Under the pieces are notes generated by a model. It saw only the letters and a list, made by a program, of their open reading frames with translations, had not been told where the DNA came from and did not search any database. A program made the translations under genes and the position numbers. Shown here one piece after another: positions 34,889 through 44,474 of a DNA stretch of 64,000 nt; the stretch's first letter is position 1, and each line of letters begins with the position of its first letter. The DNA comes from Candidatus Pacearchaeota archaeon. GTDB lineage: Archaea; Nanobdellota; Nanobdellia; Pacearchaeales; GW2011-AR1. Location of the stretch: positions 7,427 through 71,426 of the forward strand of contig JACPHA010000011.1 of NCBI GenBank assembly GCA_016188825.1, written 5' to 3'.

Positions 34889-36643
34889 ATGAGAGAGATG
34901 TTTTATTCGGAGTTTGTGGAAGTTTATGAGAAATTATATGGAACTAGCAAGCGATTGGAGAAAGAGGCAATTTTGGCAGAGTTTTTGAATAAGCTGGAGA
35001 AGAAAGGAGATAGTGAGTGGATTTATTTGTTGAGGGGAAAGGTTTTTCCCGATTATGATGAGAGAGAGTTTGGAATTTCAGGACAGCTTGTGATAAAGAC
35101 GATTGCTTCTGCTTTTGGAATTAAGGAAGAACAAATTTTGAGTATGTATCGGGAGATTGGAGACTTGGGAGAGATTGCTGAAGAATTTTCCGGAAAGAAA
35201 AGGCAGGCGAAATTGTTTGGGGGAAGGCTAACTGTCAGCAAAGTTTTTGGGAATTTGAGAAAGATTGTTGATATTGAGGGCAAGGGAGCAGTTGGAAAAA
35301 AAGTTGAATTGATAGCGGAATTGCTTGGAATTGCAGAAAGCGGAGAAGCAAAGTATATAGTCAGAACGTTATTGAGTGATTTGAGAGTTGGTGTTGCTGA
35401 TGGCATTTTGAGAGATGCCCTTGCTTCTGCATTTTTTGAAGATAGAGTAGAGGTTAAGGAGTTAATTGGTAGGGCATATGATATTTGCAATGATTTTGCA
35501 GAGGTTTTTGAGGCTGCGAAAAAGGGCAGGAAGGAATTGGAAAAAATTGAAATTGTTCCAGGAAAACCCATGAACGTTATGCTTGCTGTTAAGGTTGATG
35601 ACATTGGAGAGGCTTTTGAAGCGTGCGGAAAGCCGGCAGCGATTGAGCACAAGTATGATGGATTCAGGGTTATGATAAGCAAGAAAAAAGAGGAGATAAA
35701 ATTGTTTACTAGAAGATTAGAAAATGTTACAAAACAGTTTCCTGATGTTGTCGAGGCCGTGAAAAAAAATGTTAAGGGAGAAAGTTTTATTTTGGATTCT
35801 GAAGTGGTTGGTTTTAATCCAGGGACAAAGAAATATCTGCCATTTGAGGCGATAAGTCAGAGAATAAAGAGAAAATATGATATTGACAAGCTGAAAAAGG
35901 AATTGCCAGTTGAAGTGAATGTTTTTGATGTTATTTATTATAATGGAAAAAATTTGATGAGTTCACCTTTTAGAGAAAGAAGAAAAATTCTTGAAAGAAT
36001 TGTTAAAAATGCAGAGCTGAAAATCAGAAGCGCAAGGCAGATAATTACAGATAGCGAGGATAAGGCAATGGAGTTTTACCAAGAGGCTTTGAAAATCGGG
36101 GAGGAAGGGATAATGGTGAAGAATTTAGATGCACCGTATCAGCAAGGAAGAAGAGTTGGGTTTATGGTTAAGCTAAAACCAGTTGCTAACGATTTTGATT
36201 TGGTAATTGTCGGAGCGGAATATGGCTCTGGAAAAAGAGCGGGATGGCTGACGAGTTATATTGTGGCATGCAGAGACAACGACAAACTTTTGGAAATAGG
36301 GAAAGTGTCCTCGGGGTTGAAGGAGAAAAGTCCAGCAGACAGGAAATCCGCTGGCCCTGAAATTCCACATAAAATTTCAGGCAAGGAAGGCACGAGTTAT
36401 GACGAGATGACAAAATTACTAAAAATACTAATTAAAGAAGAGGAGGGGAAAATCGTGAAAGTAAAACCAGAGATAGTTGTTTCCGTGACATATCAGAACA
36501 TACAGAAAAGTCCAAGCTATAGTTCAGGATATGCATTGAGATTTCCGAGGATTACAAGATACAGGCCTGATAGAAGCGTAAAAGATATTGCGTCATTGAG
36601 CGAGATTGAAAGGGAAGTAGGAAAAAGGGGGAGGAAGAGGTAG
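34889..36643 (+). CDS. lig: ATP-dependent DNA ligase
   Basis: AIEHKYDGFRV contains the KxDG adenylation motif, and EGIMVKNL and KLKP are also present. Start at ATG 34889 or 34898. Confidence 0.9.
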   Translation: MREMFYSEFVEVYEKLYGTSKRLEKEAILAEFLNKLEKKGDSEWIYLLRGKVFPDYDEREFGISGQLVIKTIASAFGIKEEQILSMYREIGDLGEIAEEFSGKKRQAKLFGGRLTVSKVFGNLRKIVDIEGKGAVGKKVELIAELLGIAESGEAKYIVRTLLSDLRVGVADGILRDALASAFFEDRVEVKELIGRAYDICNDFAEVFEAAKKGRKELEKIEIVPGKPMNVMLAVKVDDIGEAFEACGKPAAIEHKYDGFRVMISKKKEEIKLFTRRLENVTKQFPDVVEAVKKNVKGESFILDSEVVGFNPGTKKYLPFEAISQRIKRKYDIDKLKKELPVEVNVFDVIYYNGKNLMSSPFRERRKILERIVKNAELKIRSARQIITDSEDKAMEFYQEALKIGEEGIMVKNLDAPYQQGRRVGFMVKLKPVANDFDLVIVGAEYGSGKRAGWLTSYIVACRDNDKLLEIGKVSSGLKEKSPADRKSAGPEIPHKISGKEGTSYDEMTKLLKILIKEEEGKIVKVKPEIVVSVTYQNIQKSPSYSSGYALRFPRITRYRPDRSVKDIASLSEIEREVGKRGRKR

Positions 36644-36960
36644 AAATTTTAGAAATCTAAAGCTGACGTGAAAATAAGAAAGTTGTCAAAACCCGCACAA
36701 CTTTTAACAAATTATTAATACAGAGAATTGCCTAGGATATGTCTCATGTTTTTTGCAATTCTCTGTCTGTACGATTGCAAATAAATGTCATATAAGCTAT
36801 GCAATTGTCCATAACTGACCTTATAAATATAATAAATTTGGTTTTTAGGAATTAATGTCCGATAATTACACGAAATCTAAACTTATTTTTTAAGACACAT
36901 TAATGCATTACTATTTTAATAGTTCTGATTGATGCCGAAATGCCTCAGTCGCCAATTAGA

Positions 36961-37542
36961 TTATATATCATCAGCAATTTCAATGTCTTTGCCGACGAGG
37001 TCTTCTTCAGATTTGGCAGTTTTGAATTTTGATTTTTCCAATTGCTCCTGTTTTTCATTTTCTTTTGCTTTTTCTATCATTTCTTTTACTGACTGGCCGA
37101 AATCTTTTTGGTCTTTTCTTAAGTTAATTCCAAGGGCTTGCTGGACTTTGTTGAGCAAGATAAAATCAGGAGAAGGCAGGACACCAAATTCTAGCATTTG
37201 GAGCGAGCTTTCAGGCTCATTTATCATTTTAGCAAATTGCTTTCTTGTTAAGCCGCGGTTGCGCCTTGCAAATTTTATCTGCCAGTTAAAGTTATCAACA
37301 AGTTCAGAGACAACCTGTTTTTCTTTCCAGCCAGCGGGTTTTCTTAAATATTGGAGAGGTTTTATTTTTTCTTCTTGTTTTTGAGTTTTTGAAGGGGAAT
37401 ACACTTTTTCTAATTTTTTTTGAAATTCTTCGTGAGTTTGTCTTCTAAGAATTGGCAGGCCCTCACTTCTTGCATAGGATTCTGAAACCCTTACTATTTT
37501 TCCGTGTGATATCGCTTCTACGATGTTTTCTACAGCATCCAT
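36961..37542 (-). CDS. XRE/Cro-type HTH protein, MBF1-like
   Basis: 193 aa. ARRNRGLTRKQFAKMINEPESSLQMLEFG is an MBF1-type HTH. The usual N-terminal zinc ribbon is absent. Confidence 0.5.
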   Translation of the reverse strand: MDAVENIVEAISHGKIVRVSESYARSEGLPILRRQTHEEFQKKLEKVYSPSKTQKQEEKIKPLQYLRKPAGWKEKQVVSELVDNFNWQIKFARRNRGLTRKQFAKMINEPESSLQMLEFGVLPSPDFILLNKVQQALGINLRKDQKDFGQSVKEMIEKAKENEKQEQLEKSKFKTAKSEEDLVGKDIEIADDI

Positions 37543-37601
37543 GGAAAATCATTTATTTAGGGATTTATATTTTTTGTGGGGGTGGGAAATATGCTTTTTG
37601 C

Positions 37602-37922
37602 TCAAGAGATTTTTTGCAATCCCAATTCTTTTTTAATTTTTAGAAGGTATTTTTCTAGATCATTATAATCTCTTTTCCTATCAAGTAAACAAACTAAAAC
37701 AATATTTGGTTCTAAGATAACATAAATTAATCTGGTCTCTTTTTGCTGAATGGAAAATCTTATTCTGAATACTTTAGAGTATTGCTTTGAATGTATTCTT
37801 TTATACCTATAAGGATTTTCTTTAATTAACCTTATTTTGTCATATATAACTCGTTTTGATTTTTCATCTAGTTGAGAAATCTGTTCTTGAAAAAATTTCA
37901 ATGCTTTTATGTCATAATTCAT
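37602..37922 (-). CDS. RelE/ParE-family toxin
   Basis: 106 aa. ...IKENPYRYKRI...KVFRIRF...TRLIYVILEPNIVLVCLLDRKRDY. ATGA overlap with the upstream antitoxin gene. Confidence 0.7.
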   Translation of the reverse strand: MNYDIKALKFFQEQISQLDEKSKRVIYDKIRLIKENPYRYKRIHSKQYSKVFRIRFSIQQKETRLIYVILEPNIVLVCLLDRKRDYNDLEKYLLKIKKELGLQKIS

Positions 37923-38176
37923 CCTAGCAATGTTTTGTTAATCTCGTCTTCTAAAATAATAGCTTTTTTCTTGATGGACAATTCTATCAATGAGTCTATA
38001 AGCTCAATTTCTTTTTCTGTGAAACTTTCATCAAACTCATTATTTTCAAATACTTTTTCTCTTAAACTTTCAGCAGCCAATTCTTGAACATTTCTGTAAC
38101 CGTAATTCCTTGCATAATCTTCAACAGCTTTCAGTAAATTCTTCGGCAACTTCAAGTTTATTTGCTCTGTTTCCAT
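37919..38176 (-). CDS. ribbon-helix-helix antitoxin
   Basis: 85 aa. INLKLPKNLLKAVEDYARNYGYRNVQELAAESLREKV is an RHH (CopG-like) N-terminus. Confidence 0.65.
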   Translation of the reverse strand: METEQINLKLPKNLLKAVEDYARNYGYRNVQELAAESLREKVFENNEFDESFTEKEIELIDSLIELSIKKKAIILEDEINKTLLG

Positions 38177-38257
38177 GATATCTATAGGTATCTTTAGATA
38201 TTTAAACTTTTCTTTTGCTTTGAATAGATTTTTAAAAACAGATTTGATAATAATTAA

Positions 38258-38479
38258 ATGAAATTAATTTCTGTTGTAATGCCTGCTTTAAATGAGGAAG
38301 AGGGCATCGTCGAAACAATCAAATCAATACCAAAGGAAAAACTAATGAAAGCAGGTTATAAGGTTGAAACTTTGGTTGTGGATGGTGGGAGTAAAGATAA
38401 AACAAGAGAATTGGCCGGAAGTGTGGGAGCAAGAGTAATTAATTCAGAAAGAGGTTATGGTAGACAATATAAAAAATGA
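38258..38479 (+). pseudogene. family-2 glycosyltransferase, N-terminal 73-codon fragment
   Basis: ISVVMPALNEEEGI...LVVDGGSKDKTRELA is a GT2 (DPM1-like) N-terminus. It ends prematurely at TGA 38477-38479. Confidence 0.6.
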
Positions 38480-38742
38480 TTTCAAGTTGTAAGGCATTAC
38501 GGAGTTTATTCAAAGAAGAAATATGTGAAGAAGAAAATTCAGAAAGACAGACAGGAAATTATACAAAATTATTCTGGCATTAAATGCCCAAATTGCGGAG
38601 AAAGAGCAAGTATAGTTTTCATTTGGAAACCTAATGAGGGAGACAAACCTCCTCCTGAGAAGATATTTGGGAGCAAAATAAGTGACTGGGTTAGTTAGAA
38701 CTCTGCCCGAAGGGCATTATCTTAACAGAGTAAACTATTTTT

Positions 38743-39414
38743 TCAGCTTCCATTTTTTAATATGTCTTCGATTTCACCGCGAGAGAGGAATTTTTCATAA
38801 GTTTTATTTTCGCTTACTAGAAATGGGACGGATTTTATTTGATATTGTTTTCTTAATTTAGTTATGGCTTGGCTTTCTGCATTTATATCAAAAGAGAATA
38901 TTTTTACATTTTCTGGATTTCTGTTATAAACTGTGTCAAGTGCATAGCCTTGTAACGCGCTTAGTTTTTTATCACCAAGCAAATCATCCTTTTTATTTGT
39001 GTAGAAGAAAAGGATTATTTTCCAATCTTCATAACCACATTCTTCTCTTATTTTTTTTATAATTTCTATTACTTTGAATTGCATTTCATTATAAAGTTTT
39101 TTTTGTTCGGTAATTCTTGGATCGTCTTTTCCTAATCTTGTTTCTAGTTTTGCTAGAACATTACCAACTTCAACTTTTTCTTTCCAGACTTCGTCCCAAG
39201 TCAGATTGCAATAGTCTGTGCTTTCATTGAGACTTTTGGTTTTTGCTTGAAAAAGATCGAAGAAGGCAGAGACTTGCTTTTGCGAGCTTTCAACTATTTC
39301 TAGGCGTGTGTAAGCAAGATATTTTCCAATAGAAAACCCTAGAAGAAAAACTGCTGTAGTTAGCACTATTGCAGTTATAAATATCGGCGCATTTATTTTT
39401 CTTTTTAGTTTCAT
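38743..39414 (-). CDS. membrane-anchored hypothetical protein (possibly thioredoxin-fold)
   Basis: 223 aa with an N-terminal TM segment (APIFITAIVLTTAVFLLGFSIG). No catalytic motif recognised. Confidence 0.45.
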   Translation of the reverse strand: MKLKRKINAPIFITAIVLTTAVFLLGFSIGKYLAYTRLEIVESSQKQVSAFFDLFQAKTKSLNESTDYCNLTWDEVWKEKVEVGNVLAKLETRLGKDDPRITEQKKLYNEMQFKVIEIIKKIREECGYEDWKIILFFYTNKKDDLLGDKKLSALQGYALDTVYNRNPENVKIFSFDINAESQAITKLRKQYQIKSVPFLVSENKTYEKFLSRGEIEDILKNGS

Positions 39415-39620
39415 GTTTTCTGTTTTTATTAAAATTAGATAATATTAGTGATATTTAAATAGATTATCGTGAATTCTGGTAATTTGGATAAATTTTTGTC
39501 CAGAATTCCCGTGAGGGATAATTCTCCAAAAACTACCCAAATCAAAATAATTATCCATAGTTATGTTGAAAGATTATGATAAATATTTGGGATTAATTTA
39601 TTGATTGCTGATAAATTAAC

Positions 39621-39720
39621 GATTATAGTGAAAAACATAAATAATTGAACGAAACAGTATGTTTTTCCCTTGATAGTCTGTGACAAATTTGTTCAATTAT
39701 TAAAGTCCCAGATTATATTA
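39621..39720 (+). repeat. palindromic MITE-like repeat, family B copy B5
   Basis: Aligns with 50051-50148 and with the reverse complement of 10611-10712. Core GATAGTCTGTGACA-loop-GTCCCAGATTATA. Confidence 0.7.
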
Positions 39721-39749
39721 ATTTTTTCATTGAAATTTTCTAGCAGGGA

Positions 39750-40967
39750 TTACCATTTTGGTTTTTTTCCGGTGAGGAAATAGGCAAAAGTTAAAACATA
39801 AGTAAATGCGAGAATCCAGAGATAGATTGTTATAGTAAGGAAATAGTCTTTCAATGTTATTTTTTCTTTAAATTCCGACTTTGTTATGAATAAGATTATT
39901 GTGCCGATGAATACTGCTATGAACATTAGAATTATTCTTAATTCTGTGCTGGCGATGAAAAGTCTTTCTAAATCTGGAGAAAAAGAAGGAATCCAGCCGG
40001 CGAGAAGCCAGGTTATTCTGTTATATACCCAAGATGAAAGCATGTAAATTCCTAGTAAGAAGGCTATTGAAACAATAAAAATACTCACAAGGCCAAATGG
40101 GAGAATGAAAATTCCTAAATCACCATAAAGAGAATTGAAAAATAATTTCCTGTATTTTTTGTAATTATAAAACGTTCCATAAGCCCAGCGCCTCCTTTGT
40201 CTGATTAGTGAATGTAGATTGTCTGGAACAACTGTTAGTGCATAGGAGTGTGCTTCATAGCCCATATTATAGTGGTTACTTTGGATTCTTAGACCCATTT
40301 CGAAATCTTCAGTTAAATTATTTTTTTCAAAGTAGCCATGTTTGTCAAAGAATTTTTTTCTATATATGGTGAACGCAGGGGCTACAGGGAGGGAGCTTAA
40401 TTTGCTTGTAATCATACGATAAAAGCCTGCGAGAGTGTATTCGACATACTGCATTCTTTCAATTAATTTTTTATTATTAAGAGGTTTTAGTCTTGATGTA
40501 ACGGCCATTGTTGCAGAATCTGAAAACAAGGAAACAGATTTTTCAAGCAAGTCCTGTTTAATTAGCGTATCTGAATCCAAAACTACTAAAAAAGGAGTTT
40601 TTACTTTTTTTATTCCGAAGTTTACTGCCTCTGCTTTGCCGCCATTTGTTTTGTTAAACACTTGGACTCTGGAATATTTTTTTTCTAGCGATTTAGCTAC
40701 TTTAAGAGTATTGTCTGTCGAGCCATCATTGACAACTATTATATTAATTTTTTCTTTATCGTATTTTGCATTTTTTATTGAGCGAATTGTTTTTTCCAAG
40801 ACATTTGCGCAGTTATATGCAGGAATAACAAATGTTATTTTATGATAAGCTAATTTTATGTTTGTAGGAAGAGATCTTTGTTTTATGTAAAAAATTAAAA
40901 AGAAGAAAGCTATAGCAAACTCAATGAAGAATATTGTGTAGATTATTGACAAGGTTATATCAGCCAT
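39750..40967 (-). CDS. processive family-2 glycosyltransferase (membrane-embedded, chitin/cellulose/PNAG-synthase-like)
   Basis: VIPAYNCANVLEKTI, VVNDGSTDNT, VVLDSDT and QRRRWAYG (the Q-x-x-RW motif), with TM helices at both ends. ATG 40967 preferred. Confidence 0.8.
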   Translation of the reverse strand: MADITLSIIYTIFFIEFAIAFFFLIFYIKQRSLPTNIKLAYHKITFVIPAYNCANVLEKTIRSIKNAKYDKEKINIIVVNDGSTDNTLKVAKSLEKKYSRVQVFNKTNGGKAEAVNFGIKKVKTPFLVVLDSDTLIKQDLLEKSVSLFSDSATMAVTSRLKPLNNKKLIERMQYVEYTLAGFYRMITSKLSSLPVAPAFTIYRKKFFDKHGYFEKNNLTEDFEMGLRIQSNHYNMGYEAHSYALTVVPDNLHSLIRQRRRWAYGTFYNYKKYRKLFFNSLYGDLGIFILPFGLVSIFIVSIAFLLGIYMLSSWVYNRITWLLAGWIPSFSPDLERLFIASTELRIILMFIAVFIGTIILFITKSEFKEKITLKDYFLTITIYLWILAFTYVLTFAYFLTGKKPKW

Positions 40968-41511
40968 TTTGTTTTTCCTGTTGATTCTGTTCTTGCAATT
41001 TTTCTCCTTGTGCAAGATGGAAATATTCATAGAAGCTTTCAGACAGCGAGAGGATTGCTGTATGCCCGGCCTTTTTTTTATTTAGCAAGCCAATCTCAAC
41101 AAATTTTTTTATGTGGTCATATGCTTTGTTGCCGCGAATTTTTACTACAACAGATTGTTTCATTGGTTGTTTATAGGCTATCATCGCAAGTGTCTCCTGC
41201 TCTGCTTTGCTGAATTCTGAAGAGCCGGTTGCAAGCCGGTTTACTATCCAGGTGTAATTTTCGGAAACATCCATTTTCCACATGTTGTCTTTTTGCGTTA
41301 TTATTATTCCTGAATCTTTGTATTTATCCTGTAAGTCAAATAGGATTTTTTTCAATAAAATCGGGTTTACATCTGTAAGGGAAATTAATTCTTGAAGAGA
41401 CATGAAGCGGCCGGCTATGAACAGGACAGCTTCGACTTTTTTCGTGTTTTCTGCCTCTATTTCTGTGTCGAGCTCTTGAATGCTTTTTTCGCTTATATTT
41501 TTCATTGACAT
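40960..41511 (-). CDS. scpB: segregation and condensation protein B
   Basis: 183 aa. VEAVLFIAGRFMSLQELI and a second wHTH with ...AGHTAILSLSESFYEYFHL, typical of ScpB. Confidence 0.7.
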   Translation of the reverse strand: MSMKNISEKSIQELDTEIEAENTKKVEAVLFIAGRFMSLQELISLTDVNPILLKKILFDLQDKYKDSGIIITQKDNMWKMDVSENYTWIVNRLATGSSEFSKAEQETLAMIAYKQPMKQSVVVKIRGNKAYDHIKKFVEIGLLNKKKAGHTAILSLSESFYEYFHLAQGEKLQEQNQQEKQNG

Positions 41512-41624
41512 TTTTCTTTTTTAATTAATTACAGTTAAAGAATAGGAGTTTTAAATATTATTGCAGAGAGCCGAATGCTTTGCCGAAGAAAGATTTATAT
41601 ACTATAGCTATATATATTATTGTT

Positions 41625-41849
41625 ATGGAAACAACAATACAAGTTAGTAGAGAACTTTTAGAAGCCCTGAAAAAAAGAAAATTGGTGGAGAAGGAGAGTT
41701 ACGAGAGAGTTATTTGGGATTTAGTTGAGGATACAATGGAATTATCAGAAGAAACGAAAAAAGAGATTACCGAAGCGCGCGCAGAGATCAAATCAGGAAA
41801 GGTTCATCGCTGGGTAGACATAAAAAAGGAGTTGAAATTGGATGTATGA
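41625..41849 (+). CDS. antitoxin partner of the RelE/ParE toxin
   Basis: METTIQVSRELLEALKKRK... Overlaps the toxin start by 8 nt. Confidence 0.55.
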   Translation: METTIQVSRELLEALKKRKLVEKESYERVIWDLVEDTMELSEETKKEITEARAEIKSGKVHRWVDIKKELKLDV

Positions 41850-42099
41850 AATTATTTTTACAGATAAGGCAAAAAGGCAATTTCTTAAATTAGAAAAAAA
41901 GTACCAAGAAAGAATAGGAGCAGTTTTGGAAAGAATTAAAATAAGGCCAGAACATTTTGTCGAAAAAATTGTAGGAGATCTCGGATATAAATTAAGAGTA
42001 GGAGATTACAGGCTAATTTTAGATATTGATAAAAATAAGCTTTTAATTTTGATTCTTAAAGTCGGACACAGAAAAAATATATACAAAAACCAAATTTAA
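41842..42099 (+). CDS. RelE/ParE-family toxin
   Basis: 85 aa. YEIIFTDKAKRQFLKLEKKYQERI...LRVGDYRLILDIDKNKLLILILKVGHRKNIY. Confidence 0.8.
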   Translation: MYEIIFTDKAKRQFLKLEKKYQERIGAVLERIKIRPEHFVEKIVGDLGYKLRVGDYRLILDIDKNKLLILILKVGHRKNIYKNQI

Positions 42100-42116
42100 T
42101 ATTTATTTTTTAGAAA

Positions 42117-42707
42117 TCATTCCAGCAAAACAATCAGAAGGCCCTCGATGACTGCCGCGATGAGCAAAAGAGGAATTATGAGCATGAGAAAGGCATTCAT
42201 CGAATTGTAAAATCTTTTTTTGAATTCTTGTGTTTTGTTTGGGTTTTTTGAGAAAATGTAGAAGCCGAGTTTCATGCCGAGGCCGAATGAAATGAAAATT
42301 GCGGGGAGCTCAAAAATTCCGTGAGGAAGGAGTCGCCACCATGATGTAAAGCCCGCTATTTCGTATGTTTTATTGAGGACAAAACCGATGACAACACCGT
42401 TTGCTAATGCTGTTGCAATTGGAAAAATTCCGAGAAAAATGCCGAGCAGGACAGAAAACAAAGCACTTTGCAAGTTATTTTGCAGTATAAAGAAAATCAT
42501 TTCAATCGCGTTTAAATCTTTTGTTTGCGAAATCAATTCTCTGATGTATTTTTCTATCTGCAGGGCAAATTGGTCGCTGAAAATAAAACCAATCATTGCG
42601 CTGAAAATGAAAATGAAAATTGAGAAATAAATTAAATTGGAGCAGGATTTTATGTAGGAAACTGCTTCTTTGAACTGATGTTTTGCGTTTAAATGGTTTT
42701 TTTTCAT
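42117..42707 (-). CDS. SpoIIM-family (DUF95) membrane protein
   Basis: 196 aa. NNLQSALFSVLLGIFLGIFPIATALANGVVIGF and HGIFELPAIFIS patterns. Confidence 0.65.
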   Translation of the reverse strand: MKKNHLNAKHQFKEAVSYIKSCSNLIYFSIFIFIFSAMIGFIFSDQFALQIEKYIRELISQTKDLNAIEMIFFILQNNLQSALFSVLLGIFLGIFPIATALANGVVIGFVLNKTYEIAGFTSWWRLLPHGIFELPAIFISFGLGMKLGFYIFSKNPNKTQEFKKRFYNSMNAFLMLIIPLLLIAAVIEGLLIVLLE

Positions 42708-42844
42708 TTTTGGATTTTATTGAGTAAATTGAACGTTATTAGTATTAAAATAGTTTGATTGATATTGATGGCATCTTAGAAGATGATTTAATAGGCTTTT
42801 CATATTATTTTTAGACAAATATACTTTTTAACTCTATCTGAAAA

Positions 42845-43549
42845 TTACCTGAAAAATTTTTGAAGACGCGCTACTTTTTTTCTGTATTTTATTTTTAGAT
42901 AAAGTCCATAAAGGAAACCGACGAGGAAACCGCCGAAATGTGCGACATTGCCAATTGGCCAGTTAAATACTATGCTTAAAATCCACATTGTTATCATGAC
43001 TAAAGGAACCATTATGTACGCTGGAAGAGAAAAGAAAGGCAGAAACAAAATCATGAATTTGATTTTTGGCAAGAGAGTAACGTAGAGACCAGCTATTGCA
43101 AAAATTGCTCCAGAGGCGCCGACCATGAATACGTCAGGGGCGCCGAAGATTCTGGAGCCGAGTTCAGAAGAGCCGAAATAGTATGAGAGCAGAACTGAAA
43201 TAAGGCCAGCGAATAAACCAGCAGAAAGATAAAACCAGACAAACCTTTTTCTGCCAATTATTTTTTCACACAAACCGCCGAGAGAAAAGAGAACAAACAT
43301 ATTTATTAATAAGTGGGCGGGACTGCCATGGGCGAACATATGGGACAGAATCGTCCAGAGGTATTTGCCTTGCATTATGTTTTCGGGTTTTAGTGCGAGA
43401 TAATTGATATAATCTTCTGAAATGCGAATCAAGATAAATGTGAAAAGGGAAAATACGACACTAAGAATTATCAGCCAAGTTACGACGGAAAACTTTGCAA
43501 TTCTTTCTGATAGAGCCGGCTTGCGCCTTGAGTAGTTATGACTATTCAT
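42845..43549 (-). CDS. rhomboid-family intramembrane serine protease
   Basis: HMFAHGSPAHLLINMF, GASGAIFA (catalytic Ser) and the AHFGGFLVG (His) motifs. Confidence 0.9.
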   Translation of the reverse strand: MNSHNYSRRKPALSERIAKFSVVTWLIILSVVFSLFTFILIRISEDYINYLALKPENIMQGKYLWTILSHMFAHGSPAHLLINMFVLFSLGGLCEKIIGRKRFVWFYLSAGLFAGLISVLLSYYFGSSELGSRIFGAPDVFMVGASGAIFAIAGLYVTLLPKIKFMILFLPFFSLPAYIMVPLVMITMWILSIVFNWPIGNVAHFGGFLVGFLYGLYLKIKYRKKVARLQKFFR

Positions 43550-44331
43550 TTCTTTTTACGCCTCTTTTTTCTTTTTCTGAAGAATTTTTTTGCAAATTTG
43601 GAAAATCTTTTTTTAACTTTAATTTTTTTTCTTGCCTTAGTTATTTTTTTAGAATGTTTTGGTTTATTTTTTATTTTTTTATTTAATTTTACTTTTTCCC
43701 TTTTCCTCTGCCTTTTTCTTTTTTTTCTTTCAAGTTCTTTCTGTCTTTGTTCTTCTTTAATTCTTTTTTCTTTGGCTTTCAGCTCTTTTGATTCAATCAT
43801 TTTGATTTCTGCGCCAATCAAAGACAAAATATTTTCAAGTTTGCTGATTTCTGATTTTATCTTTTCTATTGTTTCTGTATTATCTTTTATCTCAAGAGTT
43901 TCGCCGCATTCAGGGCAAGTATAATTATGAAGCAGAGCATCTTCCTCGTTAAATTCGGAATCGCAATTTTTACAATAGTAGAAGCGCGTTCTCTGCCAGT
44001 CGTTTATCTGATTCTGGTGTTTTTCAATTTCTTTTTTTATTTTTCCTTCATATTTTTGAAGACTTTTTTTTATGTTCAGCGTCCAGAAGTACGTATACCA
44101 GCCACCTTTTTTCTTATCTTTTTTTCTGACAAAACCCACAACTCCTTCTTCTCCTAACTTGTATAAGATATTTCTGGTTTGGTTTATTGTCAAGCCCAGT
44201 TTTTTTGCTATGAGAAATTCATTGACATTATTTTTTTTGTAAAGCAAGTCAACTAATTTTTCCGAAACCTGTCCGGAAAGCTCTATTATTATTTTCTTTA
44301 GAAGTTTTTGGAGGTTGATTTCGGCTTTCAT
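43546..44331 (-). CDS. tfe: transcription factor E (TFE/TFIIE-alpha homolog) with a long basic C-terminal tail
   Basis: N-terminal wHTH (FLIAKKLGLTINQTRNILYKL), zinc ribbon CKNC...CPEC, then about 85 aa of K/R-rich sequence. Confidence 0.8.
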   Translation of the reverse strand: MKAEINLQKLLKKIIIELSGQVSEKLVDLLYKKNNVNEFLIAKKLGLTINQTRNILYKLGEEGVVGFVRKKDKKKGGWYTYFWTLNIKKSLQKYEGKIKKEIEKHQNQINDWQRTRFYYCKNCDSEFNEEDALLHNYTCPECGETLEIKDNTETIEKIKSEISKLENILSLIGAEIKMIESKELKAKEKRIKEEQRQKELERKKRKRQRKREKVKLNKKIKNKPKHSKKITKARKKIKVKKRFSKFAKKFFRKRKKRRKKK

Positions 44332-44474
44332 TGATATCTTTAAAAAACCCGCATTAAAAATCTTTCTGTTTTTTTTGCTATGTTTTTGTTAATAGTATTT
44401 TATCGTCGTCACGATTTTGTATTAATTTTATAGTTAATATAAATATATAAAAGGAGAGTTAGAAATTTAGATAT

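Noticed and set aside
35053-35682. 209-aa minus-strand ORF inside the DNA ligase gene
   Set aside because: It is antisense to a confidently identified gene. The product is Ser/Leu/Phe-rich low-complexity sequence with no motif, which is typical of a shadow ORF.
36929-37384. 151-aa + strand ORF opposite the MBF1-like HTH gene
   Set aside because: It is Ser/Phe/Cys-rich low-complexity sequence. The minus-strand ORF has a recognisable HTH domain.
43538-43924. 128-aa + strand ORF (Phe/Leu-rich) opposite the TFE tail
   Set aside because: It is the complement of the Lys/Arg-rich (AAA/AAG/AGA) TFE tail, so it reads as poly-Phe/Leu. This is an artefact.
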